Of a stretch of DNA of 64,000 bases, positions 12,401-23,792 are shown one piece after another. A program made the position numbers and the translations under genes. Position 1 is the first letter of the stretch. Every line of letters starts with the position of its first letter. The notes below the pieces were generated by a model. It was not told the DNA's origin. It ran no database searches and worked only from the letters and a program-made list of their open reading frames with translations. The DNA lies in contig JAQGDQ010000203.1 of assembly GCA_030141605.1 (NCBI GenBank), positions 186,001 to 250,000 on the forward strand, in the 5' to 3' direction. Source of the stretch: Tubiluchus corallicola (lineage: Eukaryota; Animalia; Priapulida).

Positions 12401-15400
12401 TTTCTTGTATTTTACAGTTAAAACTAGAGGAATGTCTCGTACTTTGTCCTCTGTTAGTTTAGCTAGCAACTCCAGTGTTTCCAGCAATCTTAGTGGGACA
12501 ACATTTGATACACGACGTCAGTCAAGCATTACAAAACGTGATCAAAATATCAGTTTACAGCTACCTAGTGGTTTTTCCCAGAAACCAAGTGATGCAAGTA
12601 GCAGTGGTAACACTATTCCAAGGAGTTTTAGTTTTTCTGGCAGCCTTGGTGGTAATTTTAACTCTCAAAGGTTTGGATATAACAATCCGATTTGTGGACC
12701 AACTGGTGATGTAGATGGCAATCTCAAGGAGCAAAGTCACATTACTGGGAATGCTATCAGTAATTTTACTAGTGATCGATTGCAAAAGTTTAGTAGTTTG
12801 TATCCATCATTTGAAGGCAAATCCAGTTTTGGCAGCGGATTGGATCCAACCAGTGGCAGCGTTGGCTGCAATCGAGGTGGTATTATTGGATCACAAAATA
12901 ACAATGCACCAAGTCTCATTGTAGGTGGCAACTTTGATCCTGATAGTGACGACAATGACCTTAAAGAAGAGAATAAAGCAACTAATGTGAAAGGCAAGGG
13001 TGACAGCAAGTTTCATACAAATACTGAAGGTTCGGAATTTGCACTCAGCATAGCAGAGAAGAACAATGGTAAACTAGCGAGTGACACAACAATGCCCACT
13101 AATGCACACAATGATGAACAAATGGATGCTGAGTATCCAAGTCTTGCAAGCCGAGTTGCTCAATTTCATGATCCCATGGGTTACAATCAGGATGCACAGA
13201 TGAATGAATTAAATAAGCAAACGAGTAACACAGGAACACAGGATGACTGTCCTACTACTGGAAGACTCCGAGCCAACCGCTCTACTTGCTCACTAGCCAG
13301 TGAAAATTCTAGTTACGGACAAGGTGATTTTTCTGGTTGGGACAAATCTGATCAAATACATTATGACTGGGTAAGCTATTCTCACTATTCATATGAAGCT
13401 GGTGGCTATGGGTGGCAATGAAAACTGTAACAATGTGGTTACAGCAACAACAAAAAATGAATGCATAAATTGAATAAGGAACTCCATTTTAATTGATGTA
13501 TGTACATTGTATGTTTGCCTTTTCTATGGCAAATTTTATGACATATTTTTTTATGCAGATGCATTTGTTTTTTAATGCATTACGCTGGTTGCATTTTAGG
13601 CTGAGGAGCTATTAAAGGATTATGTACCAGGTGTCTTGGAGCATGGAGGCAAATTTGTACTGGGATTGACACTAATTCAAAATGCTATTGAAAGAGGAGA
13701 TAAAGTTCTAGCATTCAGGTATTTTACTGCTAATTTTTGCATTTATTCAATTTTCTGGACAAAGAGCAATCTTTGTGTAAAAAGACCATTTAGGATACAC
13801 AAGCTTAATGTTGATGCAGACATATCTTAGCTACCTTGCCGTCTTTGTTGTAAGTTTTAACTATTTCAGAAAAGTAAGCTTTTAACTGCAATGCTTAATT
13901 TAGTACAAACGTCTGAAACAGCCATTTTAAAATAACTTTTGGTGGTTAATAACATTGCATCAGTACACCACATACAAATTTAATTATCACCATCTCCTTC
14001 CTCAGCTATTTATACACCATCATGTATGCAATGTCACGAACTAATCTCACATATATGATATAAAATTGCTCCTAAACAACAAACTCACATCAACACGTTT
14101 AACTACTATCCATGCCCTACTGCTGTTTTTCCCACATGTTTATGTGTAGTTTGCTTATATGAAACTGATAAATTTCAGCCAAAGCTTGAGCACTCTGGAC
14201 CTTCTAGAAGAATTTCTCAGTAAACATTATGTACCAGTTTTGCCGAATGCTGACTACAACACACCGAGAGAGAGATGGGTTAAAAACCGGAGTTACTTTC
14301 GGCTAGATGGTGCAACAGCCAGTATGGATCGTGAAAAAATGATCAATAAATTTAATGCCCTAGACAATAAGACTGCTCATTTGTTCTTACTGTCTACAAG
14401 GTGAGGTTACAGCTATTGGACTAATGCAGTTTTTCTAATTTTGTTATTGCACATATTGTCAAGAATGTAATATGTCATTGCCCCAAGTTTTATTAGTGAA
14501 GTACATATAAGACCGAAACAAAACATTTGTTTTTTCAGATTCATGTACTGAAAACATAATATACTACTTATACATAAAACATGTAGGATAGTTGCAGTAT
14601 TTGATCAGCACGTAGAGCAATTTTTAATGACATGTTTTAATCCCTAACACAGTCTTTTACATTGGCTACAAATGTTTGAAAAAATCGGACCTGAAAACTT
14701 GATGCATTTAATTAAGTTTAATTCACAATCTGTTTCATGCAAAAGAAACTTCAAAGTATCCATGCTATGTAGTATTCGTGTGTAGTATTATAATATATTC
14801 ACTTATTAATAGAGTTCTGTTAGTACAGTAAATGCAGAACATTTTAACATTAAAAAGAGTAGGTGTCCGCAGCTTAAAAACATTGTACTCTTCTTGAGCT
14901 GATTTCTTCGCATTGTTGCTTTTAGCATGTAGTAGTTTTTTTGTGTTGTATGTGTAGAGCTGGATGTCTGGGTATAAATCTAGTCGGTGCAAGTCGTGTG
15001 ATAGTTTTTGATGCATCTTGGAACCCTTGCCATGATTCTCAAGCAGTGTGTCGCATCTACCGGTATGGCCAAACTAAGCAATGTCATGTCTATCGCCTCG
15101 TATCTGATAATACACTGGAGAAGAAAATCTATGACAGACAGATTACCAAACAGGGCATGTCAGGTATTTCTTATGAAATGGATAATACACTCTAACTCCG
15201 AGAAAATGTTGCAATGATGCACTTTGAAAATGAGTTGCATATTTTAATACAGCTCTTGTGCTGTACTTTTTTGGGAGTATTGAGGTCCTTAGATAATGGG
15301 TTTTATTAAAAAAAGACAGATCATTCATCCTCTGTGCATGTTTTATTTTTTAAGCCTCCATTTGTGGAATTTTAACTTAAAAGCAGTAGAAAATATTGGT

Positions 15401-18400
15401 GCCTGTTGAATTTGTTATGAAATTTGTAATGATGGTTAAGATGAGTTTGTCATCTTAAAGAGTAAGACAGAAGAAAATGATAAGCATGACCTGAACGTAC
15501 CACCTGTTTGTCTTTAATATGGTAGTTTGCTTCCCCTGCAGTGCAGCCATCTATTGGTAATCAAGTGAAACTAAAATTCACAATTATTCGTGGGAATCAA
15601 GTAAAACTCAAAACTATTTTTAACCAGATCGAGTCGTAGACGAACTTCAACCTGAAATCAATTTTACACGCAAAGAAGTCGAATCTCTGATGCACTTCGA
15701 AGAATCAGACAGCCCTCTTGTGGACGTTTCAATGTGCGCTGACAAGTATAAAGATGAACTGTTGCAAGTAATCTGTCAGGAATATGGACACTGGCTTACA
15801 AAAGTAAGTAATGTAGAGCAATAATGTTATATTAATTTAGAATTTAAACAGGTTACCTTAACGCAAAATCGAGTTGAAGCACATATGTGTGTGTGTGTGT
15901 GTGTGTGTGAACTGTTTTGTGTAACTGACAAATGATTGATTCACAGAATTCTTCAGTTATAATACCCTCACACTTGCAGTCCAGTAAATAACTTGCATTT
16001 TTCTCTCTAATTTTTTTTGTAGGAGCCGTTTGAACATGAGACATTACTTCTTGATCGCAAGGAAAACCGATTGACGAGGTCTGAAAAGCAGTTGGCCAAA
16101 CAAAGTTATGAGATAGAGAAAAAGTCTGGTCTTTATGGTTACGGCCGCAATCGCTTCGACCCAAGCATACTTGGGCGGTAAGCTTCTTTGCTCTGTTTAT
16201 GTATTAACTACCATCAATGCAAGATGTCTTTTGGCTTCCACTAATTTATTTAAGGAAGTATTTGATCATCTGTGTATTTCTGGGTTTTGCAACATATTTT
16301 AGTGCATATACCAAGGGTAAAACTAAAGACTATTCTCTCTGTAGGGACGGCATGAATAGGCCTGTTGCACCGGTTCGGCCAATGCAGTCGCTTTTAGGTC
16401 TCCACTCTTCTGGAACATCGCAGCTGCGACCTACACCGATTCCCATGTACCCATCTCAGGTTTCTGGTGGGTCATCCATGGTTTCAGCTGTGGCTGGAGC
16501 TCTGAGGCTTCCTCAAACTGGAGTACAAGTGGCTCAAGTGATCACAACTAAGCGTAAGTGTGTGGCTCTTGCGCACGTGAAGTAGCTTAAATAAACACAC
16601 GATGGTGGTGCATTAAACATTTTGGCTCTTAACATCTGATTAATGGAAATTTAAATTCCTCAAGAGTTTCTAATACGAAACTAATTCTGAAACACAACAT
16701 TACATTAACGATATCTCATCAAGTTTAATTTCCAATGTTAATTAGCATTGTTATTGTGCTTTTAAACCCTATTTATAATGAATTAGTGATTTTGCATTAG
16801 TGACTTCTTTGGGTAGACTTAACTGACTGTCTGTTTTCCTTGCAGCAATTCCAATTCCCGGGTCTAATTCAGCCACAACCAGCAGTGCAGGCATTTCTGG
16901 ATCTGTTATTCCGACTGGCCAGAAGATTCTTATCATTAGAACACCACGTGGCATCTACATTCGTACACAGGATGGAAAAATGTTCTCCGTGAAACCCCGC
17001 CAAATGGCTGGCAGTACTGACACACCCACAACTACTGATAGTAGTAGAGCCAATTTTTTGCCAAGATCTGTTGCTATGGTTATGCCTCGTGGCATTCCGA
17101 TTGCTACATTTGCTCCTCCAAAGGGCATGAAATATCCACCACCAAGTATAACGACACGGCTCAGTACAGCAGGTATTTCTGCGAATACTCGTCCTGTCAC
17201 AGTTTATGAGGGTGGAGCAATCAAGCAAGTACCAGTGCAAATCATTCCAAAGAAATCAGAAGACGACTCAAATGCGTCCTCTCCTAATGGCTCCCCCACT
17301 AGTTCTCCTACTGACAGTTTCAAGAGTACTGGTCAAGAAAGTAAACAGAAATCAGAATCTCATTCTGAGAGTAAGACGCCTGCACCCATGCACAGTGTTG
17401 CACCTTTCAACGCTTCATCAAGTCTCCCAAGTACAACACCACCAAGAACTACTGCTACTGCTGGTAATCCGCTGTTTTCTTTATCGAACATTGTGGCTGA
17501 TCTGCCAGGACGACAGTCCACAGAAACAACTAAGAGCTCTAACGGTCATAAGGGTAACACTTCCTCATTTAGTTCCATTGAACAGTTACTCAGGCAAAAT
17601 TCCAAAACTTCTGGTTCTCGTTTACAGACGCCTGGTGTAGAAAAAGATACTGACAAAACATTAGAACTTTCCCAAGGTTTAGTAAAAGAAGGAGCTGCTC
17701 GCACTGCTGAAGAGGAATCGTCTGATAATTCATTCCAGCAGGTTCAGAAACATAGCGACCATATTGTTGCTTGTCAGATTGGATGGACAGCACCTGTTGA
17801 TCGTAGTAATGTGCTGTCTACAAGAGTAGATAGTCAGCATAGTCCTCCATCAGTACTTACTTCACATGAGAGTAAAAATGCTGAAAAATCTGACTTTAAA
17901 CAAAATGTTTCTTCAGAAATTGCAAGCACTTTATCTGTCACACAATGCACAAAAGGCATCAAGCCACAATTAGTTAACAGTCCGAAGCTAGGGCCTAAAA
18001 CATCTCACCCAGAAACTGTTGCTTCACAAAATGTCTTCACTGCAGTAACAAGTAGCACCACCTACAGTGACCCAGCTTACAAGCTCAGAAATATTGGAAA
18101 TGTTACAAAATCCACTGTTCACTCTGTCCCACCACTGGTATCAACTGCTGCAGAATATCAGACCACATCGTTTACACAAGGAGGCACTGGGCAAAACGAA
18201 CGCAGAGACCATATGATAAGGCCAAATTTTGCAGAAAACAGCCAATTTCCTAATGAAACAGATAGAACTGTTGTTGGAAGAGCTAGTGTGCAAACAGTTT
18301 CTCCAATGCCACAGCAGACAAGATATCCTGCTACAGCACCTCTTTCACAACCAAATAATATGTCCACTAATGCACGTTCAGACAGGTATGGCTTTCCTTC

Positions 18401-19064
18401 TTCCTATTCACATTCCTATTTTAACCGCTATGGAAGACAGAACCCATGGGAGGAACCTCTTGCAAGTTCTACCTACTTACCCTCACCTTCTCAGCAGAGT
18501 TTTGATTCTCATTATCCACAACATAATGAGTACAATTACTATACTCCAAGAATGAATGACAATACCAATGACATGCACTCCAGCTTGGCTGGTTTAATTG
18601 AACTTGAAAGACAACAGCAACAGCAATGGTCACATGATGAGCCTTGGGCTCGTGATTGGTCACAGCAAGGAACAAGAAGTAGCATGGATTTAAATTCACA
18701 AAGGCTGATGCCAGGCTTAATAGATCAGCGAAATACAGCACAATCTCTAGATTACGGCATAGGTCGAATGACATACTCAACTCATCCGGGCTGGGGAAAT
18801 CCGTACGTGAACCCGTACAGTGGCCAACCCCCGTACCAGAATACGGGGTATTCGGCGGGATATCCACCAATGACTTATCCGGATTACTCGTATCCGCAAC
18901 CACCTATGAGCGGATTTGGCAACTTTCGTCAAGATTATGACTACGGCAGGTCAGTAGCAGGCATGAACATATGGTCCCAAGATTCTGAAAACAGTCAGTC
19001 AAGCGGACGTGCGAAGGAGACAATTTCTGATGAGTCTAACTCTCCCACGTTCATGCAGTTTTAA
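493..19064 (+). CDS. RAD54L2: Helicase ARIP4 / RAD54-like 2 (SNF2 family, ATRX-like subgroup); 5'-partial, 18 exons, about 1970 codons within the window
   Basis: Exons, all AG/GT-bounded with consistent phases: 493-657, 799-920, 5377-5556, 5896-6012, 7330-7546, 8364-8555, 9355-9469, 10022-10249, 10558-10735, 11400-11547, 12418-13370, 13600-13718, 14179-14400, 14958-15163, 15628-15803, 16023-16177, 16345-16553, 16846-19064 (stop). The translation has the ARIP4-typical [41 protein letters not shown], motif [12 protein letters not shown], Ia [33 protein letters not shown], then [25 protein letters not shown] and motif [13 protein letters not shown]. The start codon lies upstream of the window. 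Confidence 0.95.
1190..1400. repeat. Old dispersed repeat fragment (copy 1; homologous to about 32830-33040)
   Basis: CAGGACCTACTC...GAGACCAGAATCTAGTTCACTATCAGGG...TAAGATGAGCTATTGAACCGGCAATGGTGTCTCAGC aligns colinearly with CAGGTCCTACTC...AAGACTGGAATCCAACTCATTATCAAGG...TAAGATGAGCCACTGAACTGGCAGAGGCATCTTAGC. Confidence 0.6.
2405..5310. mobile_element. Non-autonomous Helentron/HINE-like composite element with internal satellite-like array and duplicated modules, in a RAD54L2 intron
   Basis: Starts after an AAT run with AACTAG and a short hairpin (TTTCTGAC...GTCAGAAA, about 2420-2438). The GAGACCTTTCATTTGATATGCTACA motif recurs. Blocks ~2470-2650 and ~3605-3790 are similar, as are ~3220-3600 and ~4735-5115. 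It ends with an AAT-rich tract and the palindrome TAAGATCTTGCTATATATAGCAAAATCTTA (about 5277-5306). The superfamily is inferred from architecture only. Confidence 0.6.
4143..4625. repeat. 149-bp tandem repeat, three near-identical units plus partial and diverged flanking units
   Basis: CATCGAGACCTTTCA starts at 4143, 4292, 4441 and 4590 (period 149). Diverged units occur at about 2772, 2921, 3062, 3783 and 4002. Confidence 0.92.
6130..6700 (-). mobile_element. Possible highly decayed 3' fragment of a CR1/L2-group LINE
   Basis: Minus-strand remnants resemble the C-terminal 'LWNSLP..FP.NYNL..FK' region of CR1/L2 ORF2. It includes a short tandem duplication, ATGACTGCAATATTGTAAGCAAG x2, at about 6447-6498. 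No intact ORF. Confidence 0.3.
15886..15909. repeat. (TG)n microsatellite
   Basis: Direct read. Confidence 0.9.
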
Positions 19065-21233
19065 ATGGTGGATTATGACACGCACTCTACCACTATTTAG
19101 GCTACTTACTTGGTTAAACCAAAGCTAGTCTGTTGATAAATGTAAACAGTTCAGTTAGTGCAATTATTGTTACTTGAAGTGCATGCTTTCTTAGCTGTGC
19201 ACATTTCATTACTTTGTTGTTTATAATTTCACTGTTTTTATTGTCAATGCAACATACCTAGGTAACAACCAAATGCACAGTTCCTATTGGCATCATACTT
19301 ATGAGCATGTCCTCCAGAAATTCTTTTCTGAGCCCAAGAGGCAAGTTATCACATGTGTTTTTGCGTATACTTTCATTTTCAGTGGTTGCTAGAAAACAAA
19401 AACTTTCTTAGAAATTGCGAGAAAGTGATATTCAACATACCGATGTATGAGCTGTCGTCATCGAACATTTGCGATTTGTTGGGACTATCTCACGGACTTA
19501 AAAACTCAGAAGTTCAGATAAATAAGCAAATTTAGCTCTGTTGTATGTATTGCAAACTTGTATTTGACTTATAGAACTCTGCAATGATACACTCTGATCT
19601 AGTTAACGACAACAGTGATGCACCGCCACCGAGTGTGCCATTTCAACACCGCTAAAAGAGACTTCTTTACTCATGACAATATGCATCGAAAGCTAAAATT
19701 TTGATCAAGTAAATCCAAACAAGTCCATGATTCTTCATAGCCAAATTTTGCCATATAAATTAGAAACAGCTTTAGTCTGTGATATTAGTTTACCTGCAAC
19801 TTGACCTAAATAGCCTGTAAATACAGGTGCAATTTACACCTGTAGCAGCTAGCATACTTATAGCATTTATGTTTTGCGCAAGGCTATTTCATAATAAGCG
19901 TTTAAATGATAGAACATTCCACTTCACTATTATAAATCTAACAAACAACTCTTTGAAAGGGGAACAATTTGTTCAAAAGTTTTTACCCACATTTATTATA
20001 ATTTTTATGGCTTGCTTAATAACTTAACTGTTTATTCTTAGTGTTGTGCATAAACAGTCTAATTCTATACTATTAAAAAACAATTTGTTTATTCCTTGTG
20101 ATTAACCCTTGCCCAATGGTCTTGTGTGTGTCCTATATCTCCAAAATTTGAAGTTTAATGTTCCATACACAAATGTAAATTAGTTGTGAATTAGTTATTA
20201 ACAGTACTGTTGTTTAAAACACTGTGCTTGTATAAAACGAGGATCACAAAGAGCACAAGCTACTCTACAATTTTCGCTGTTTCTGCGGTGTCACTATTTG
20301 GTTAGACAGGAACAAAAGAATATCACTGTGCAAGATACAAGTAACGCAATCAGATTTAACACTTATAATCCATTTGTAACTACCACATTATTTTCAGCTA
20401 AATTTCTAGCATAACACTGCTTCTCTTTCTTGCTTCTGTTGCTATTTAGACATTTTCAGGATGAATATCATCCCAATAAATTTTTTGAAATTCTTCCCTC
20501 TGCCCATAGATACCATTCATTTAATTCTCCAACCACAAGGACTAAATACTTTCTATTCTGTTGCATTTCGCACTATCAGCAAGTGAATTTCAGTAAATAT
20601 AAAATATTCTCTATATCACTGTGCATATTTTATTAGCATTTATGCGACAAGTGATTGAATTTATTTATCTGTTAATTTTCTTTTGTTGTAGTACAAAAAA
20701 CGACATAAATTTCATTATATGTACTACAATACAGTGATAATAAATCACTTACTTATACCTCACTGTCATTATTTTGTTTAGTGAATGCACAGAAAACAAC
20801 ATCAGACAAATGACTAAACTTTAAAACACTAGTAAGACCGAAGACTAAAGTATAAAGCTATAATATGAGCATTCTCCGCTTACAATTTCATTATTATTAT
20901 TTCTACACTTATTTGCTGGTTTATTAAGGAAACAATGAGTCAGCATGAAAATTTTGTAGTAGCAGCTAACACTAATAATAAGTGCACAGAAAACTAGCAG
21001 AGGCAAGGGTTACTCTTATCCTCAATGCTATCCTTTCAACAATGATCTTCATTATGTGCATCACTAAAACGGTATTTGTTAGCTGTACTCTTAATACTTG
21101 GTCACATACAGTTAAGACTTAACTGTGCCCATTTGATAATGTCCAAAATGCGTATGTATAAAAGTTTTTGTGAAAATAATAAATATGTAGAAATGCATGT
21201 TTAACAATTATTTTGTTATATTTCTTTCTCTGC

Positions 21234-21236
<3 letters not shown>

Positions 21237-21267
<31 letters not shown>
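21237..21267. repeat. (TA)n microsatellite in the putative RAD54L2 3' UTR
   Basis: Direct read. Confidence 0.9.
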
Positions 21268-21274
<7 letters not shown>

Positions 21275-22001
21275 AGTAGGTTTTCTTATGTTAGATTCTT
21301 GCTTTAGGCTTAAGCGTAAATTGTAAATGTTAGTTGGTCTTCTAACTTGTGTGTTCTTAACATAATTATTTATCCTGCATTCTGGTTCTGTGAATAATCA
21401 TGCTCATGTTCTGAAGTTAAGCATTAATAACTGTTGTGTAATTTACTAAATAACGTAGTAATTATGAATGAACCTATTTTGTTTTTTGTGTATATAAGTA
21501 GCGCTAGGCAACTTGAAGCAAAAAATGCTGCTTAGTATTATGCATAATTTACATGCAAATATGTACATTTAACTCTAGAGTGCTTCGTATATGCTTACTG
21601 TACAGTCTTTTGCCATATGCTTATTGTAAAACTATTTTCTGATGTAAAGTTTATGTAACATCCATGTCTTGCTTATATGAAAGGAAGATACTATGTGTAA
21701 TTGTGGCTCGACAAATAGAATCTCACAAATAAGTCCTGTTTGTGAATTAAACAATTCCTGTAATTACAGTACCCATTACAAAGCTGTACAAACAGCAGCA
21801 ACAATGATGCAAGCTTCTGAATGTGTGAAGTACAAAAACTATCTTGCAATATTGCACATTGATCTGTCTGTCAATTAGCATTGCCTTTGGCGTATCATTC
21901 GTATGGGTGCTAGAAGCCGCCGTTTTACCAATAATTTAAAATGCATAATTATCCTCCATTTTCATTAATTATCATAGTAGGTCTTGTACAGCATCTGTGA
22001 A

Positions 22002-22007
22002 AATAAA
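22002..22007 (+). terminator. Candidate polyadenylation signal (AATAAA) ending an approximately 3 kb RAD54L2 3' UTR
   Basis: AATAAA followed by T-rich downstream sequence. An alternative AATAAA lies near 21178. No coding exons were seen between 19065 and here. Confidence 0.4.
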
Positions 22008-22927
22008 CAGTATTAATTGAAATATTTTCTTTTGAGCTTCTTTCATCATTCTGTTAATGTTTAACTTGTGATTATATAGCAACAGGGATTATACATAAAA
22101 ATTTTATAACAGTGAATCACAACTTCATTAGTAAAAATTTATTAACAGATTTATAACAACCTCTTCATTTAAATGTTGAGATCAAATGACAATTTAACAC
22201 TGGATTTGAACACAGCTTTGAATGACACCGTGATGAAATCGCGATGACCTAATCTGATCTAGTAATTTTGTAATTCACCGGTTTGCCAAAAAAGATTGGC
22301 TCCGTACTTATAGTTCACATTTAATGTTCTACATATTATCTTGGTTGCACTGAGCATTGAGAAGTCAAAATGACATCATATCTAATTTCTGTACAATTAC
22401 TACAACTGTTATACTGTACAAAATTAGTATATTGCATTACAGTACGGAAATATACGCTAAGCAACATGATACAACAACAAACAGGCATTGCTCATTCTTC
22501 GGTATGTAAATTGACTCACAAATTCATGCAAACGTGGATAAAAGTGCACCCTGGTATTTTTATAATATGGATTCCACAAATTTGTGGTTTTACGTACTTA
22601 GTTTTGTGATTACATTTGCTCAATAATACATATTTCAAATGATGTCATTATACCTATTTTTTTATACTTGAAGACATCTAGTATGTAGCACTCACAAATA
22701 TGATCACATGATTGCACAGATTGACCTGTTTTTCCAAATAATTTTGTCAAAGATTGAAATAAATGTGACCATCATCTCGCTGTTAAGAAGAACAAAATTT
22801 AATACAGAAATTCAGTCCTTCAGGTAAATTTAGTCTGCAACTTGTTTCACCAGTATTGACTTTCAATTTGAATGCATAAAACAAGTCCGATTATAAAAAT
22901 AAAATCAACATTAATTAATCAATACTA

Positions 22928-23741
22928 CAGTCAAACCTCGTTATAACGCCAGGTCTGGGACACCACTAAATGTGGCCAGTCCAGTCTGTAACATCTATTT
23001 TGTTTCGTAGTTATTTTTAATATGCCATAAATAGTATAATATTATTATACTTACAACAACGCATGTGTTATACTGTACATTTTTGCTGCATTAAGAAAAT
23101 TTATGCAGGTGTAGTTCTATGGCGGCACATCGCAGAACTTTTAGGTAACACAATGAAATAGCAGTCTTGTGAAAACTGCTGTCTCCTGATAAAAGAAATA
23201 TGCAGCTACACAGTCCAGCCCAAGCACGGTCCCAACGTAGCATTATTAGATAATTAGGACTACAAATAGCTGCTGCAATTGCAATGTAACTTAACCTTGA
23301 GTCAAACAGCTTTTACAGCCATTAGATTCACATCAGTTCAATACTGCAGCTTAGCTACACAACTATTGTACCTTAAAATGCACGTTCCCTGCCCAAAACC
23401 TGAGCATTCACTTTCATACAGCCACTTGCAACAAGACCTAAATCTTAAATTAAAATATCATAATTGTTTTTCTGTCCAGAGATCATTGTTTTTACAACAA
23501 AATGGCTGTTTTTTAGCAACAATTCATTGTACTTTATCTTCCCTAGCATTATAATGGGGTAAATTATTATGTAAAATAGACTTTTGGCACAGCAGATAAG
23601 TTGGCAGATGGCGGCAGGCGAGATTGGCGGTATTCCCTATATTTAATATATGATGGAAATCGGGACAGGGCAATAGTTGGCATTATTGGCATTATGCCGA
23701 GGCTGGCGTTACAACGGGCGGGGTATAACAAGGTTCGACTA
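22928..23741. mobile_element. Non-autonomous Tc1/mariner-superfamily (pogo/Tigger-like) element, 814 bp, just downstream of the AS3MT stop
   Basis: Left end TA|CAGTCAAACCTCGTTATAACG; right end (reverse complement) TA|TAGTCGAACCTTGTTATACCC. Imperfect TIRs with TA target duplications. Confidence 0.75.
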
Positions 23742-23792
23742 TAATTACATTGTGACTTCATAAAATTTTTCTGAAGTTGCTTCTCCATTGCA

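Noticed and set aside
12475-18903. Overlapping alternative-frame and antisense ORFs (60-144 aa) within the large RAD54L2 exons
   Set aside because: These are expected shadows of long coding exons, with no recognisable motifs.
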